Source of the DNA: Octopus sinensis
Taxonomy: Eukaryota
Assembly (NCBI RefSeq): GCF_006345805.1
Contig: NC_043009.1
Span: 28,706,001 to 28,770,000, forward strand
Length of the DNA stretch: 64,000 bases
Direction: 5' to 3'
The notes under the pieces: generated by a model
Seen by the model: only the letters and a program-made list of their open reading frames with translations
Database searches by the model: none
Told to the model about the DNA's origin: nothing
Part shown: one piece after another, positions 1 through 14,178 of the stretch
How the letters are laid out: each line of letters opens with the position of its first letter
Position numbering within the stretch: the stretch's first letter is position 1
Translations under genes and position numbers: made by a program

Positions 1-108
1 TGTGTGTGTGTGTGTGTTTGAGTTTGTGTGTTGTATGTGTGTGTGTGTGTTTGAGTTTGTGTGCGTATGTGTGTGTGTGTGTTTGAGTTTGTGTGTGTAT
101 GTATGTTT
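1..108. repeat. (GT)n-rich minisatellite with recurring TTTGAGTTTG motif
   Basis: Three TTTGAGTTTG blocks separated by GT runs, seen directly. Confidence 0.9.
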
Positions 109-229
109 GTAAATAATGTAACAATAGTTTAATACTAAATAGTTTACAGAGAAAAGCAAGTTAGAGACTGGCATTGATTTTAATTGTTATCACTATTGAT
201 GTTGTCGCTGCTGCTGATTGTCTTAACAA

Positions 230-401
230 GCCAGCGATGATGATGATAGTGGTGGTGGTGGTGGTGGTGGAGATGATGGTGGCGATGGTGGTGGTGGTGG
301 TGGTTGCTTGTTGTTGCTAGGCTACTCATTATTTCCTTCCAAATCAGTCCCAATTAAGAAGCAAACACTCCTGAGGTTAAAAGTTATTATCTCTGATTGT
401 G

Positions 402-456
<55 letters not shown>

Positions 457-698
457 GGTGGTGATGCTGTGGACAATGGCGATGGTGGTGATGGAGGGTG
501 ATGGAGGTGCCAGCAATATAGATGACAATGAGAACGATGATGATGGTGATGCTAATGATGATGATGACGATACCAATGACAATGATTATGATGACAGCAA
601 AGATGATGACAACGTCGATGATGATGACAATGATGGCGACAATGATGAGGATGACAGTGACAATGATTATGATGATGATGATGACGACGATGACAATA

Positions 699-742
<44 letters not shown>

Positions 743-950
743 AATGATGATGACGATGAGCGACAATGACAATGATGATGACTGATGATGACAGCGAGGA
801 CAGTGATAAATTATGATGGTTATGGTAGTTGTGTTAGTGGTGGTGTTGGTGATAATCACAACAGATGATGATGCTGATGATGATGGTGAGAACAAGGAAG
901 AGGAAGAGTATGGAGGAGTGGACGATGGTGGTGGTGGTGGTGGTGGTTGT
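230..950. repeat. Degenerate (GAT)n/(GGT)n trinucleotide tract
   Basis: Seen directly; explains the poly-D/M/I/H ORFs 308-895. Confidence 0.95.
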
Positions 951-1385
951 ATTTCTGATTGCTAGTGGTGGTGTTGACAAATACAGAATCTAATCACCCC
1001 CCCCCCCACTCCATCCCCACCGCAACGCCCCCCCGCCTCCACAGGCCACTTCCTCCACCCACCATTACATCATAACCATTGCCAGATTGATGCACATCGA
1101 ATGCAATAAATCGGGAGGTTGTTACACATAATGATGATGATAACGTTGGTTGTCATGGTGTTTATTTCTTTTTCCACCGTTTGTTATTGATTGTCTGGGG
1201 ACCATACTCCAGTCTCAGCCCTGCCTGAACACCACCACCTCCCAGTCTGACTCAGCTGGTCAGTGACTCCACTGGTTCACACCTGAAATCAACACCTGTT
1301 CTGTGTGTGTCCATTGAATGATTGTGTGTAGGTGTATGTGTGTGTGTGTGTGTGTGGCAATGGCTATTGTATACGTTTACGTATC

Positions 1386-1419
<34 letters not shown>

Positions 1420-1604
1420 TGTATGTATGTATGTGTGTGTATGTATGTGTGTGTATGTATGTATGTGTGTGTGTGTGTTTGTGTGTGTTATGGCAGCCAC
1501 AAGCAACACAGAGACACAGCTCTCCTGTTCCTTCCACCCCTTAATAGCATTATCTTCTTCTCCTTGATCCCTCCTCCCTCCACTTGTAGCTAACACTAAT
1601 GCAT

Positions 1605-1775
<171 letters not shown>

Positions 1776-1998
1776 TTTTTATATTCATTCTATCTCGCTC
1801 CACTTTATTACTCACACCCATTATCATTCCTTAACCACATCCACCCTTCTGAGACCCCACCTCCCTCCTTCGCCTGTTTTTTTCATTTTGCACGTGGGTG
1901 GGGGATAACTGTTGGTAGTGATTATACACGCATACACACATTATATATGTACACACACACGCGCATATACACACATACATACACATATATACATACAT

Positions 1999-2031
<33 letters not shown>

Positions 2032-2077
2032 ATGTTTGTGTGTGTGTGAGTGTGTGTGTGTGTGTGTATACATTTAA

Positions 2078-2585
<508 letters not shown>

Positions 2586-3787
2586 TGAATATATATATAC
2601 ATATATATATACACACACATGCACATACACACACACACGCACACACATATATATATACATACATTATACCTTTATTTATATATATGATAGATTTATATAC
2701 ACACACACACACGCACACATATTCACACGCATACACACACAGCTTCAGTAGCTTTCTCCCTTATGATCCCCTCACCCTGTTAGACAAATTCTCATCAATA
2801 CCCTGTCTTCACCCTGTCGTATACCCCACTCCACCTATCCCTGTTTTCTCTCCCCCACCACCCATCACCGGTTTCTGTCACTCCTACCTCTTCCAGTAAC
2901 ACACTCCTACCTCCACCTCCTGTCCTCTATCCATTGTGGTCGCAGTCTCCCCCACCCTACTGCTTGCCACCCCCACGCCCACCCACGCCACCCAGGGTAA
3001 ATTCAGGTAATCATTCACCTAATCCATGCACTGACATTGTATAAACACTAGCAACCCAAACAGGTGTCCTCACTTCCTGTCACAACTGCTTTTACCTGAA
3101 TGTGCGCACACGCGTGGGTGCGTGTGTGTGTGCGTGTGTTTGTGTGTGTGTTTGTGTGTGTGTATTGATGTGTATTTGTTGATGCGTATAGACTTACGTT
3201 GAAGCGTATCAGCACACATGGAGATGTGTGTATGTGCGCATATATCGCATGTCAATGTTGTGTGTGTGTGCATATATCATGTGTGTGCGTGTGTTTGAGT
3301 ATTTGCTTTGATGTGTGTGTGCATGTGTGTGTGTCTGTGTGCATATTAATGTGTATTTGTGCAAGCATCAGTGAGTGTATCTGTTGATGCGTGTACACTT
3401 ACATTGATGCGTATCACTGATGTGTATGCGTGCATGTATCATGTGTGTACGTGTGAGTGTGTGTGTGTGTGAGTAAATGAGTTGGTGCATGTGAGTGTGT
3501 GTGTGCTAGTATCAACAAGTGTGTATGCATGTGTGTGTGACTATATGAGTTGATGCATGCGTGTATGTACATGTGTGTGTGTGTGCATGTGTGCGTTTGT
3601 GTGCATGTGCATGTGTGTGTGTGTGTGTGTGGAAGTGTTTATGCATGTGTGGATGTGTATGAGTGTATATGTGAATAAGTGTGGTGTCATCGTACTGTGT
3701 ATGTGTATATCTGAATATGTGTGTATAACAACAACAACAACAACAACAACACATCAGTCCTCCCTTCTATTGTTTTTGTATAATATG

Positions 3788-4020
3788 CTTATTTCTTTAT
3801 TGCCCACAAAGGGTTAAACATAGAGGGGACAAACAAGGACAGACAAAGGGATTAAGTCGATTATATTGACCCTGGTGCATAACTGGTACTTATTTAATCA
3901 ACCCTGAAAGGATGAAAGGCAATGTCGACCTTGGCTGAATTTGAACTCAGAACGTAACGGCAGATGAAATACAGCTAAGCATTTTGCCCAGCATGCAAAC
4001 GATTCTGCCAGCTCACTGCC
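3788..4020 (-). mobile_element. SINE family B (tRNA-like head, GACTTTGCCTTTCATCCTTTCGGGGTCGAT central domain)
   Basis: Recurs at about 8605-8815+, 9685-9912+, 10370-10580-, 14760-15400- (split by a family A copy), 20880-21010-, 24605-24835+, 44215-44415-, 44460-44660-, 45175-45390-, 45585-45720+, 45985-46170- and 60985-61262-. The central domain resembles conserved Nin/Deu-type SINE domains (inference). Confidence 0.88.
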
Positions 4021-4391
4021 CTTGTTTTGTATAATATATAGAGTATGTACACAGTGAGTAGGCCAGTCGTTAGCATGCCAGGCAAAATATGGAGCGGCAC
4101 TTTGTCCATATATATATATGCATATATATGTATATGTATGTATATATATGTATGTGTATATATATATACATATGTGTGTGTGTATGTATATGTATATATG
4201 TGTATATATATACGTGTGTGCGTGTGTGTGTGTGTGTGGCTAAAATGTTTATGACTCCTATTCCTAGCAATGCTGGTGCTCACTGCACCTTTGGTCACTT
4301 TTAGTGATATTGAGTAATTTCCTTTTTGGTTTAAAACGACATCTAACCTCCTTAAATATTATATATACACATATATATCATATCATATATC

Positions 4392-4700
4392 AATAAAGCT
4401 GGTAAAACATCGCAAAAATTGTTACTCAGAGTTTCCGCTTGGACAGCTTTGGTTGAGAATAGAACTAAAATAAGGTTATATGTATGAATATACAATTACA
4501 TTGATAAATACACATTTGAAATTGGTTTTGTTTCATTGGTCCTTTCAACTAATAGTCTTTTCAATAACTGATAATGTGAAATTCAAATTACGATTTAGAT
4601 GATATTATTTTAAATCATGATAATTTTTTTGCTCTATTCTCAACGAAAACTGTCTGTTACTCTGAGTAACAGCTTTTGCGATGTCTTTGCAGCTTTATTA
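4392..4700. repeat. Imperfect inverted repeat, ~80-bp arms, MITE-like
   Basis: ATAAAGCTG..CATCGCAAAA..TGTTACTCAGAG..GTTGAGAATAG mirrored by CTATTCTCAAC..CTCTGAGTAACA..TTTTGCGATG..CAGCTTTAT. Confidence 0.7.
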
Positions 4701-4814
4701 ACAAAGTATATTTCCCTACCTCCGCTATTCAAGTACTATTTCTCCCACCTTGTTTCACATTTATGTGCTTACCCTGGTATATATATATATGTGTGTGTAT
4801 GTGTGTGTGTGTGT

Positions 4815-4898
<84 letters not shown>

Positions 4899-5049
4899 TG
4901 TTTGATTTGTTATGAGATTTTGAGAATAATAATTATAAGATATTTAATTAATTTCTATGTGGTTATTATCGATAATATCTTTTCACAATTGAAGAAAAAC
5001 TAAATAGAGGGTTGTCTCTAATTTAAATATATATATATATATATATTTT

Positions 5050-5476
5050 TGTAAAAGTAATATGTGGCAATTATTTGGTAGCCATGATAAAACTCCGAGT
5101 TTCGGATGCCGAGGCGGATTTCCACCTCCGCATCCGAAAGTCGGAGTTTTATCATGGCTACTGAATAATTGCCACATATTACATTTACAGATAAATTCCC
5201 TATTTACATAATATCGAGGTCTCATTCATTCTTTTGTCATCTTACCATTTTTATCAATATATATACAAAATGTAACCGCGTGTGTACTGTTGGCGATTTT
5301 TTTTCCTCTGTCTTCCCTTCGCTGGATCTTTCCTTTTCCTATGTTTTTGACGAAGAGCTCCACTCGACATGTTAAACCCGCCTTCTTTCCTTCCTTCCTG
5401 AGCGTCCAATAATACTATATTTGTTCCACATCTTCGCGTTGTTGTGTTTTCTCTTTGTGTTTTCATGTTTGGATTA

Positions 5477-5480
<4 letters not shown>
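5050..5480 (+). mobile_element. Penelope pseudo-LTR-like island: 140-bp foldback followed by a decayed hammerhead, between (AT)n tracts
   Basis: Hairpin 5050-5189 (loop 5119-5120). Motif GTTT-TTGACGA-A-GAG(CTCCA)CTC-GACA-TG-TT-AAAC at 5343-5377. Tail shares AGCGTC..AATAC with the 41096-41270 island. Confidence 0.6.
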
Positions 5481-5522
<42 letters not shown>

Positions 5523-7639
5523 AATATCAAATGATGAAAATTATTGCTCAGCACTGCATTGGTGGGTAGAATTTGTGTATTAAGGCAACCATTGGTTTCA
5601 TATTAAGGAAAATTTGAAAAATATCTTAATATCTCAACAATTTTTCAAGCTGATTACACAGAGGAATGGTGTCCATCTCCATTTTGGATAAAACACACAC
5701 GCACGCACGGGTGTGTGTGTGTACGTGTCTAGGCACTTTTGAGTTGAAGTTACAGCAATACAATAATCTTCACGGTGATTTATTGAAATAATAGAAAAAC
5801 TCTTTTGACCTGTTGATTGATTTCAAGAGTTTGTCTTATTTCTACTTCTCTTTTATTTTCTTAATCATTGCAGACAAAAACGTACTGGAAATATTATTAC
5901 ATTGTTCTAGATATTCTTTAATGTTCTGAGTGCTATCCAAAGCGGAATTTACATTAAGCTTTTTGGATGCAGCAGACAAGCAAAAAGAGTTAATGTTTTT
6001 ACTGGAAATGAAGTTAGTTTTAATTTACAATACCTCAACTGTAGTTCTTGCCCAAATTCAATTTCCTACATCTAATGGATGTGTAAACATATCTGCAGTA
6101 TATATCTTGCATTGAAAGATTACCTCACACCCTATAATGGCATATAATTGTATTCTTTTGCACAATTTTCTAAATCGAATGTATCTGAGAAAGATTTTCA
6201 GAAAATGACTTTTAGCGAAACATTTGATATTGTAAAAGCTTTAAACAGCAATGTGAGTTTCGTTAATGTAATCATTACGCCTATTATGTAATGTCCTTCA
6301 GCGTTCTCGATAACACATTACAGCAAGACAGCCGTTTGAATTATTTGTGTTCTTGCACTGACCCCGGTTCGTTGTAAAATGCCATTTCAAATCAGTTACC
6401 CAAATCCATTTGGAATCTGTCTCATGTTTGTCTTTTAAACCAACATCATCGCTGAACAACCAAAAATCAGGAGATTTAAATTGGACGTTCAACGTTTAAC
6501 AAATACAGTTATGTATTTCTGTAGCTTGCCTTTCATGTTAGTTCAAAGCAACCATTAGCATACTAAGCAATTTAATTATGTAACATCATTGAGTGGTTTA
6601 ATTAGATCTCTGTGGAGCAAGCAAGCTATATGAATATTCTATCCAAGAGAAGCTCTCTCTCTCTGTTTCTCTCTCTCTTTCTTTCTTTCTTATTACTAAC
6701 TGCTACAAGAACTGGAGATGAAAACAAGCCCAGTGGACAATCCTTATGATCCATGAAAGAACCGGAAGTAGTACAAGTGCAGGCATGTGGTAACAAGTTT
6801 GCTTCCCAGCCACATGATTCTGGGTTCAATCCCACGGTGTGATACCATAGGCAAATTTCTCCTAATATAGCCTGTGGCGGACCAAAGCCTTGTGAGTGGA
6901 TTTATTAAGCAGAAACTGAAAGAAGCCTGTTGTCTATGTGTGTGTGTATGTGTGTGTGTGTGAGTGTCTATGTTTGTGTGTGTGTATTTGTGCCTGCTTG
7001 CCTCTACCACTGCTTGACAACAGGTGTTGGTGTGTTTACATCCCCATAACTTAGTGGCTCAGCAAAGGAGATCAGTAGAATGAGTACCAGGTTAAAAGAA
7101 AAAAAAGTACTGGGGTTGGTTCATTCAACTAAAAGTTCTTCAAGGTGGTGCCCCAGCATGGCCACAGACTGAAACAAGTAGAAAATAAAAGATTAACGAT
7201 TAAAGTGTTATCAACTGAGGTTTGGTGGAATTGTTAGGGTGTCGGACAAAACTCCTTAAAGTAATTGGTTTGTTTCTTTCTGAAATGGGTTCAAATCCTA
7301 CCAAAGTCAGTTTCTTTTTCTCCTTTCAGTGTCCTTAAAATGAAGAAATAGACCGTGGTGGAATGGAGAGGCAGAATGTTTTGAAAGTCAGATGAGGTAC
7401 ATTGAGGTACATTGAGGTACTTGTTTTGCTTTGGTCTAAATTGAGCACAAAGCCCTGGTAGCACAGAAAATGTGCCCAGTACCTGCTGTAAAGGGCTTGG
7501 CAGTAAGATGTTAAATGATGACGATGATGACTAAGGTGACAGCAGCAGCAGTGGTGGTAGTTGTGGTGGCAGTGGCACCAGCAACAATGACATATATACT
7601 CCTCTTCCCCCTCCTCTTCCTCCTCCTCTTCCTCCTCCT

Positions 7640-7860
7640 CCTCCTCATCATCATCATCAATTAATGTCTGTGCTCCTGGGTTGAGTAGGCTGACAGGATC
7701 TGACGGGTCCAAGAACTACATCATGCTCTAGGTCCTGCTTTGGCAGGGTTTCTATGAGTCAATGCCCTTCCTAGCATTTAACCAGTTTACAGCATGTACT
7801 GGGTACATTTTCCATATCAACAGCACTTGTGAGACCATCATGCAGTTTGCAAGACTATGA
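7640..7860 (-). mobile_element. Diverged RTE-type 3' tail fragment ending in (GAT)n
   Basis: (CAT)n followed by TGCCCTTCCTA motif as in the 50223 RTE tail. Confidence 0.55.
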
Positions 7861-9240
7861 ACCCCAGGGTAGGACAGGGACAATTTTTTGTAAGGAAATC
7901 AACAGTAAAAGATGGGTGAAAGTGTGAGAGAAGGGGCCAAAGGAGAACAGATTTCTTATTGTAGAAGATTTTACATACATCCACACAATGATACAATGAT
8001 ATATCTACACACACACACACATAAATGTCAAACAATGGGAACCCATGCTCAACACAGCATTGGTAGATAAAGTTTCTTTATTTGTGCATTAAGGCTACCA
8101 TTAGTTTCATGTAAAGAAAAACAGCTTAATATCATAACAATTTTTCAAGCCAGTCACATTGAGGAATGATGTTTGTTTTCATTTTGGATGAAAAGAAAAG
8201 AAAAATATATATATATATATATATACAGGCATGCCTCAAATTTCATCGATAATTGATTCCAAGATATGTGATTTAACTCAAAAAATGGCATAAGACGGAA
8301 AAGTGCTTTAAAACATTATTATCTTGTATCTGTTTTAATAATCACTTGTATATATTTTCACATGTGTTTCAGTTGATTTGCCACTTTGGTATTGGTTTTT
8401 AGATGTTTATTTTAATTTTTATACTTTTAAAATATTCACTGCGACTGACATAATGTTGGATAAATTGACTGAAGCTGAGAATATTTTTCCATTAATTTCT
8501 TTCAAAAAATACAATGGAGAATCAATAAAAATGTAACTCGAAACAATATAAGCTGAGCTTTGCCTGTGTATATTTTTCCTGATATTTGTGTATGTAAGGG
8601 TAGTCAACTGGCAGAACCCTTAGCAACCATTAACATTCTAAGCAAAATGCTTAGCGGCATATCGTCTGTCTTTATCTTCTGAGTTCAAATTCCACCAAGG
8701 ACAAATGTGTCTTTTATCCTTTTGAGGTTGATAAAATAAGTACCAGATGTATACTGGGGTCAATGTTATTGGTTTACCCACCACTCCAAAAATTACTGGA
8801 CTTGTTTCAAATTCTGAAGCTGATATTTGTGAGTCTGTGTATTTTAGAGCTTGTAACATAGGTTTCAAAAGATAGCTGTAGGTGTGGCTGTGGGGTAAGA
8901 AGCTTGCTTCCTAACCACATGGTTCTGGGTTCAGTCCCACTGCGTGGCACTTTGAGCATGTGTCTTCTACTATAGCTTTGGGCCAACCAAAGCCTTGTGA
9001 ATGGATTTGGTAGATGGAAACTAAAAGAAGCCCATCATATATATTTATATTTACTCTTTTACTTGTTTCAGTCATTTGACTGTGGCCATGCTGGAGCACC
9101 ACCTTTAGTCGAGCAAATCGACCCCGGGACTTATTCTTTGTAAGCCCAGTACTTATTCTATTGGTCTCTTTTGCCGAACCGCTAAGTGACGGGGACGTAA
9201 ACACACCAGCATCGGTTGTCAAGCAATGCTAGGGGGACAA

Positions 9241-9281
<41 letters not shown>

Positions 9282-9451
9282 CATATATACGACAGGCTTC
9301 TTTCAGTTTCTGTCTACCAAATCCACTCACAAGGCTTTGGTCGGCCGGGGCTATAGCAGAAGACACTTGCTCAAGATGCCATGCAGTGGGACTGAACCCG
9401 GAACTATGTGGTTGGTTAGCAAGCCACTTACCACACAGCCACTCCTGCGCC

Positions 9452-9490
<39 letters not shown>

Positions 9491-9512
9491 ACTCTTTTAT
9501 AAATCCTTTAGA

Positions 9513-9600
9513 TTAACTCTGATGAGAGAAATATAGATGATTGTTATGGTAGGAATTACCTCGCCCATACCATCCTATATCTTCTCGAAATGGTCATTAG
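9513..9600 (+). ncRNA. Candidate type I hammerhead ribozyme with extended stem II
   Basis: CTGATGA 9519-9525; stem II GAGAAATATAG / CTATAT(C)TTCTC; GAAA 9587-9590; TGG-TC; stem I only about 5 bp with a bulge. Confidence 0.5.
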
Positions 9601-11585
9601 ACTTTGCACCTGCTCAAGATTCCCTTTAAAATCATTTTATACCAACTTTCTCATCTATTTGAATTTCCACTATATCCTCATTAAAGGTAGCGAGCTGTCA
9701 GAATCGTTAGCACACCAGGCAAAATGCCTGGTGGTATTTTATCTGCTGCTACATTCTGAGTTCAAATTCCACTGAGGTTGACTTTGCCTTTCATCCTTTC
9801 GGAGTCGATTAAATAAGTACCAGTTAAGCGCTGAGGTCGATGTAATTGACTTAATCCGTTTCTCCTTGTTTGTCCCCTCTATGTTTAGCTCCCTGCGGGC
9901 AATAAAGAATTACATATCCTCATTGATTTTAACACGGTCATACAACCTCACAAGTACATTTATGTATACTTATATATTCATATATATTTATATTATATCT
10001 TGTGTATATGAATGTACCAATATAATACTGTGGTGCATTCCAATGCTTTGAAATATATTGAGTGAATACGTACACTGACCTTTCAAACTTATTCTCTCTT
10101 TCCTGATTTTATATATGTATATAATTCATGTGTCTTTGTGTCTGTGTTCCCCACCCCTATCCCACCCCAACACCGGTGTTGGTGTGTTTATGTCTCTGTA
10201 GCCTAGCAGTTCAGCAAAAGAGACTGATAGAATAAGTACTAGGCTTAAGAAATAAGTTCTGAGGTTGATTTGTTCTACTAAAACCCTTCAAGGCGATGCT
10301 CCAGCATGGCCGCAGTCAAATGACAGAAACAAGTAATAGAATAAAAGAATAATTTTATACATGATGTTGTTTTCAAATTTTGGCACTAGGCCAGAAATTT
10401 TAGGGGAGAAGGTAAATTGATTCCATGAACCCCACTGCAATGCTGGTACTTTATTTCATCAACCCCATAAGGTTGAAAGGTAAAGTCAGCCTTGACAGAA
10501 TTTGAACACAGAACGCAAAGATGGATGAAGTGCTGTAAAACGTTTTGCCCAACATGCTAAGGGCTCTACCACCTCACTACCCTGGTGCTATACATGATAT
10601 CAAAATGGTTAAACAAAAGTTTGAGTAGTTTCTTTGAATTTCTATGTTTAAAAGTGTCTAAATAAAGAATTTCAATTTTGAATGAATTTTATTTTTTTTT
10701 GTCTGAAGTTAATTGAATCTGTGACAACTTGTTAATGTGACACTGACCACTTGATAAATACTTTCTTGTCAGGAATTAACGCAAAAACAATTATTCTCAA
10801 ATTTTCTTAGAATTCTATTAGTGGTCCGTTGTTTAGAAGATTTTGAGATTTGGTAAAAACAGATTAGAATTAATTAAAAAGAAAACTTGAATATTTTATA
10901 TTTGTGATATCAATTAGCAATTTTGTTAAGTTGAAGACTTAATTTTGAAGTTGTTTTTCTGGAATTTTGATCTGGAACTTTACACTGAGACTGATATTGA
11001 AGTACTTTGGAAGGGATATGCTACCATTAAAACACACATTGAGTTCATTCTAATTTTAATTATGTTAACAAATTAGTTAAGAATATAGGTAAACCTGAAG
11101 TGAGCTATAATCAGTGTGTGTGCGTATATGCAGTGTGACTGTCCCAAAGTACATCACTCCTATTTTTAAATTTGAACTTTATTACTGAGTCAATGGCTGT
11201 CACACTAGAAGATTACAAATTATAAATTATATTGAAGACTGAATCAGGCCTGGCAGATTTACCAGCAGAAAGAGCATTCTTCTTTTTAATTAACGGAATT
11301 TCTATTTGTAAAATTATGCTTCCTAACCACACGGTTTTGGTTTCAGTCCCACTATTTGGCACTCTGGAAGGCATTTTCGACTTTAGCCCCAGGCAGACCA
11401 AAGCTTTATGAATGAATATGGTTCACAAAAAGTTAAAAGAACTTGTCATATATATTATGTCACTAAAATAAGTACTAGGCTTACAAAGAATAAGTCCTGG
11501 GGTCGATTTGCTTGACTAAACGCGGTGCTCCAGCATGGCCACAGTCAAATGACTGAAACAAGTAAAAGAGTAAAAGAGCATATAC

Positions 11586-11640
<55 letters not shown>

Positions 11641-12134
11641 CTCTTTTACTTGTTTCAGTCATTTGACTGTGGTCATGCTGGAGCACCGCCTTTTGTTGAG
11701 CAAATCAACCCCAGGACTTATTCTTTGGAAGCCTAGTACTTATTCTATCAATTTCTTTTGCCAAACTGCTAAGTTACAGAGACGTAAACACACCAGCATC
11801 GGTTGTCAAGTGATGTTGGTGGGGACAAACACAGAGACATAAACATATACACATACACATACATATATAAATATATATATACATATATATGATGGACTTT
11901 CAGTTTCTGCCTACCAAATCCACTCATAAGACTTTGGTAGGCCCGAGGCTATAGTAGAAGAAACTTGCCCAAGGTGCTACACAGTGGGATTGAACCTGAA
12001 ACCATGTGGTTCATAAGCAAGCTACTTACCACACTGCCACTCCGTGTGTGTATGTATGTGTGTGTGTATGTATATCTGTACATGTGTATGTGTGAGTGTG
12101 TTAATGGTTGTGTCGCCTGGCCTAAATATATCCC

Positions 12135-12340
12135 ATGAGAGTTGTCAATGAGTTTCACTGTCTAAGAAGCAGTGTCATTTATTTCCAGTATTCTGCAAAA
12201 CATGTCTGGCCATGGGAAAACTTTACTTTGGATGGACATAGACATGGTTTGGTAACAAGAAGGGCATCCAGCTGGGCTAATATCTGCTGTCTCAATAAGC
12301 TCCATCCGACCTCTGCAAACATGGAGAAGAGGACTTTAAG
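12135..12340 (+). mobile_element. SINE 3' module with RTE-like tail (GAAGGGCATCCAGC...GATGAT)
   Basis: Related to 39150-39380+, 20160-20370- and 41930-42120-. Confidence 0.7.
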
Positions 12341-12760
12341 TGATGATGATTATGATGACGATGATGATGTTTGTGATGATGGTGATGATGGTGATGATGA
12401 TGATGATGGTGTTGATAATGATAAAGATGATGATGATGTTCCTGATGATGGTGATGATGATGATGATGATGATGATAATGATGATGATGGTGGTGATGAT
12501 GGTGATGATGATGATGATGGTGCTGATGATGATGATGGTGCTGATGATGATGACAATGATAATGATGATGATGATGTTGAAGTTCCTGATGATGGTGATG
12601 ATGACAGTGATGATGATGATGATAATGATGTTCGTAATGATGATGATGATGATGGTTATGATGATAATGATGTTCGTGAAGATAATGAAGTTCGTGATGA
12701 TAATGATGTTCGTGATGACGGTGATGATGATGTTGATGATGACAATGATAATGATGGTGT

Positions 12761-12791
<31 letters not shown>

Positions 12792-12870
12792 AATGATGTT
12801 CATGATGACGGTGATAATGATGGTGATGATGGCGATGATGGGCATGATGATGTTGCTACCACTGACGATG
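12340..12870. repeat. Expanded degenerate (GAT)n tail with GATAATGATGTTCGT sub-repeat
   Basis: Seen directly; continuous with the SINE tail. Confidence 0.92.
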
Positions 12871-14127
12871 AAATGCAAAATTGATCTCCACAAAGTTTGA
12901 AAACAGAGAACAAAGAACAAATAAACACCTGAGCTAACGCCCTAAAATTTCAATTAATTTACAGGCCACTGAGAAAGGTATTTCATTTATCAACCACTAA
13001 AATGCTGGGATTCAAAAAATGTGTCTCTGCAAGATTTGAACTCATAAAGCAAAGAACTGGCACCAATTCTGCCAGGTATTCTGTTCGGTGCCGAAATAAC
13101 TTTACCAATTCTCTGTTGTTTGTCACATCAGAACATTGTAATCAGTTGGGATTTCTTGTTAATCTGCTTAACTCATAAGATTTTGTTTCTTTTAACACAA
13201 TTTTATTTGTATGAGAAACCATTCCATAGAATTGTCGAATAGCGCGAATAACAATAAATACGTTGAGATAAGCTTGTGCAATGACAAGTGAATATAATAA
13301 ATCATTTTATCGGAACCGTTCATGGTGATAACATACCATGCACCATATATTTCAATAAGATATATTTTTAACAATGCTTATAAATAAATAAAAAAATAAA
13401 TAAATAATTTCAACAACAGCAATAATAATAATGACAAGGGTAGTGGGTATTTCTGAATTCTGACAAAAATCTCTGATAATCTGATAATCTCTAAAGGTAC
13501 TTACAAATCTATTATAAAAAGAAACATGAACACCTTTGTAAAGTATGATTGCAAGATGACTTTTCCTTTTTTTAAGGAACAATTAAAAGTGCCAGGTATG
13601 GTTGTGTGGTTAAGGGGTTTGTTTCACAACCGGGTGATTTTAGGTTCAGTCCAATTGCATGGCACCTTGGGCAAATGATTCTTACTATAGCCCTGGGCCA
13701 GCCAAAAGCCTTGTAAGGGAATTAGAAATTAGTAGGTGGAAACTGAAAGAAGCATGTATTTTGGTGGCTATTTAAATGATTTGTTAGTGGGTGGTTAATG
13801 AGTTGGATCTGGCACTGAAGAAAGGGCAAGAACTTCTGAAATATGTATCTACACCCATTATCTATTTTTCTATCTTTGATTGCATATTTACATAGACGTA
13901 TTCAAATATGAAATATATTTTTCAATGCTGGCTCTAATTTTTACAGAAAATCTGAAGAGATAGGCGTAGGAGTGGCTGAGTGGTAAGTAGCTTGCTTATG
14001 AACTACATGGTTCTGGGTTCAGTCCCACTGCGTGGCACCTTGGGTAAGAGTCTTCTACTATAGCCTCGGGCCAACAAAAGCCTTGTGAGTGAATTTGGTA
14101 GATGGAAACTGAAAGAAGCCCGTCATA

Positions 14128-14178
<51 letters not shown>

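Noticed and set aside
308-895. Long poly-Asp/Met/Ile/His ORFs (also 12135-12920, 25657-26145, 32903-34805 and all YI/HT/CV ORFs)
   Set aside because: Translations of tri- and dinucleotide repeats that lack stops in several frames; no coding evidence.
5050-5189. Hairpin as a pre-miRNA
   Set aside because: Too long, with a 2-nt loop, and part of a foldback-plus-tail repeat between (AT)n; no small-RNA evidence available.
8224-8420. Tigger-like element starting TACAGGCATGCCTC
   Set aside because: Only one plausible terminus found; no matching second TIR.
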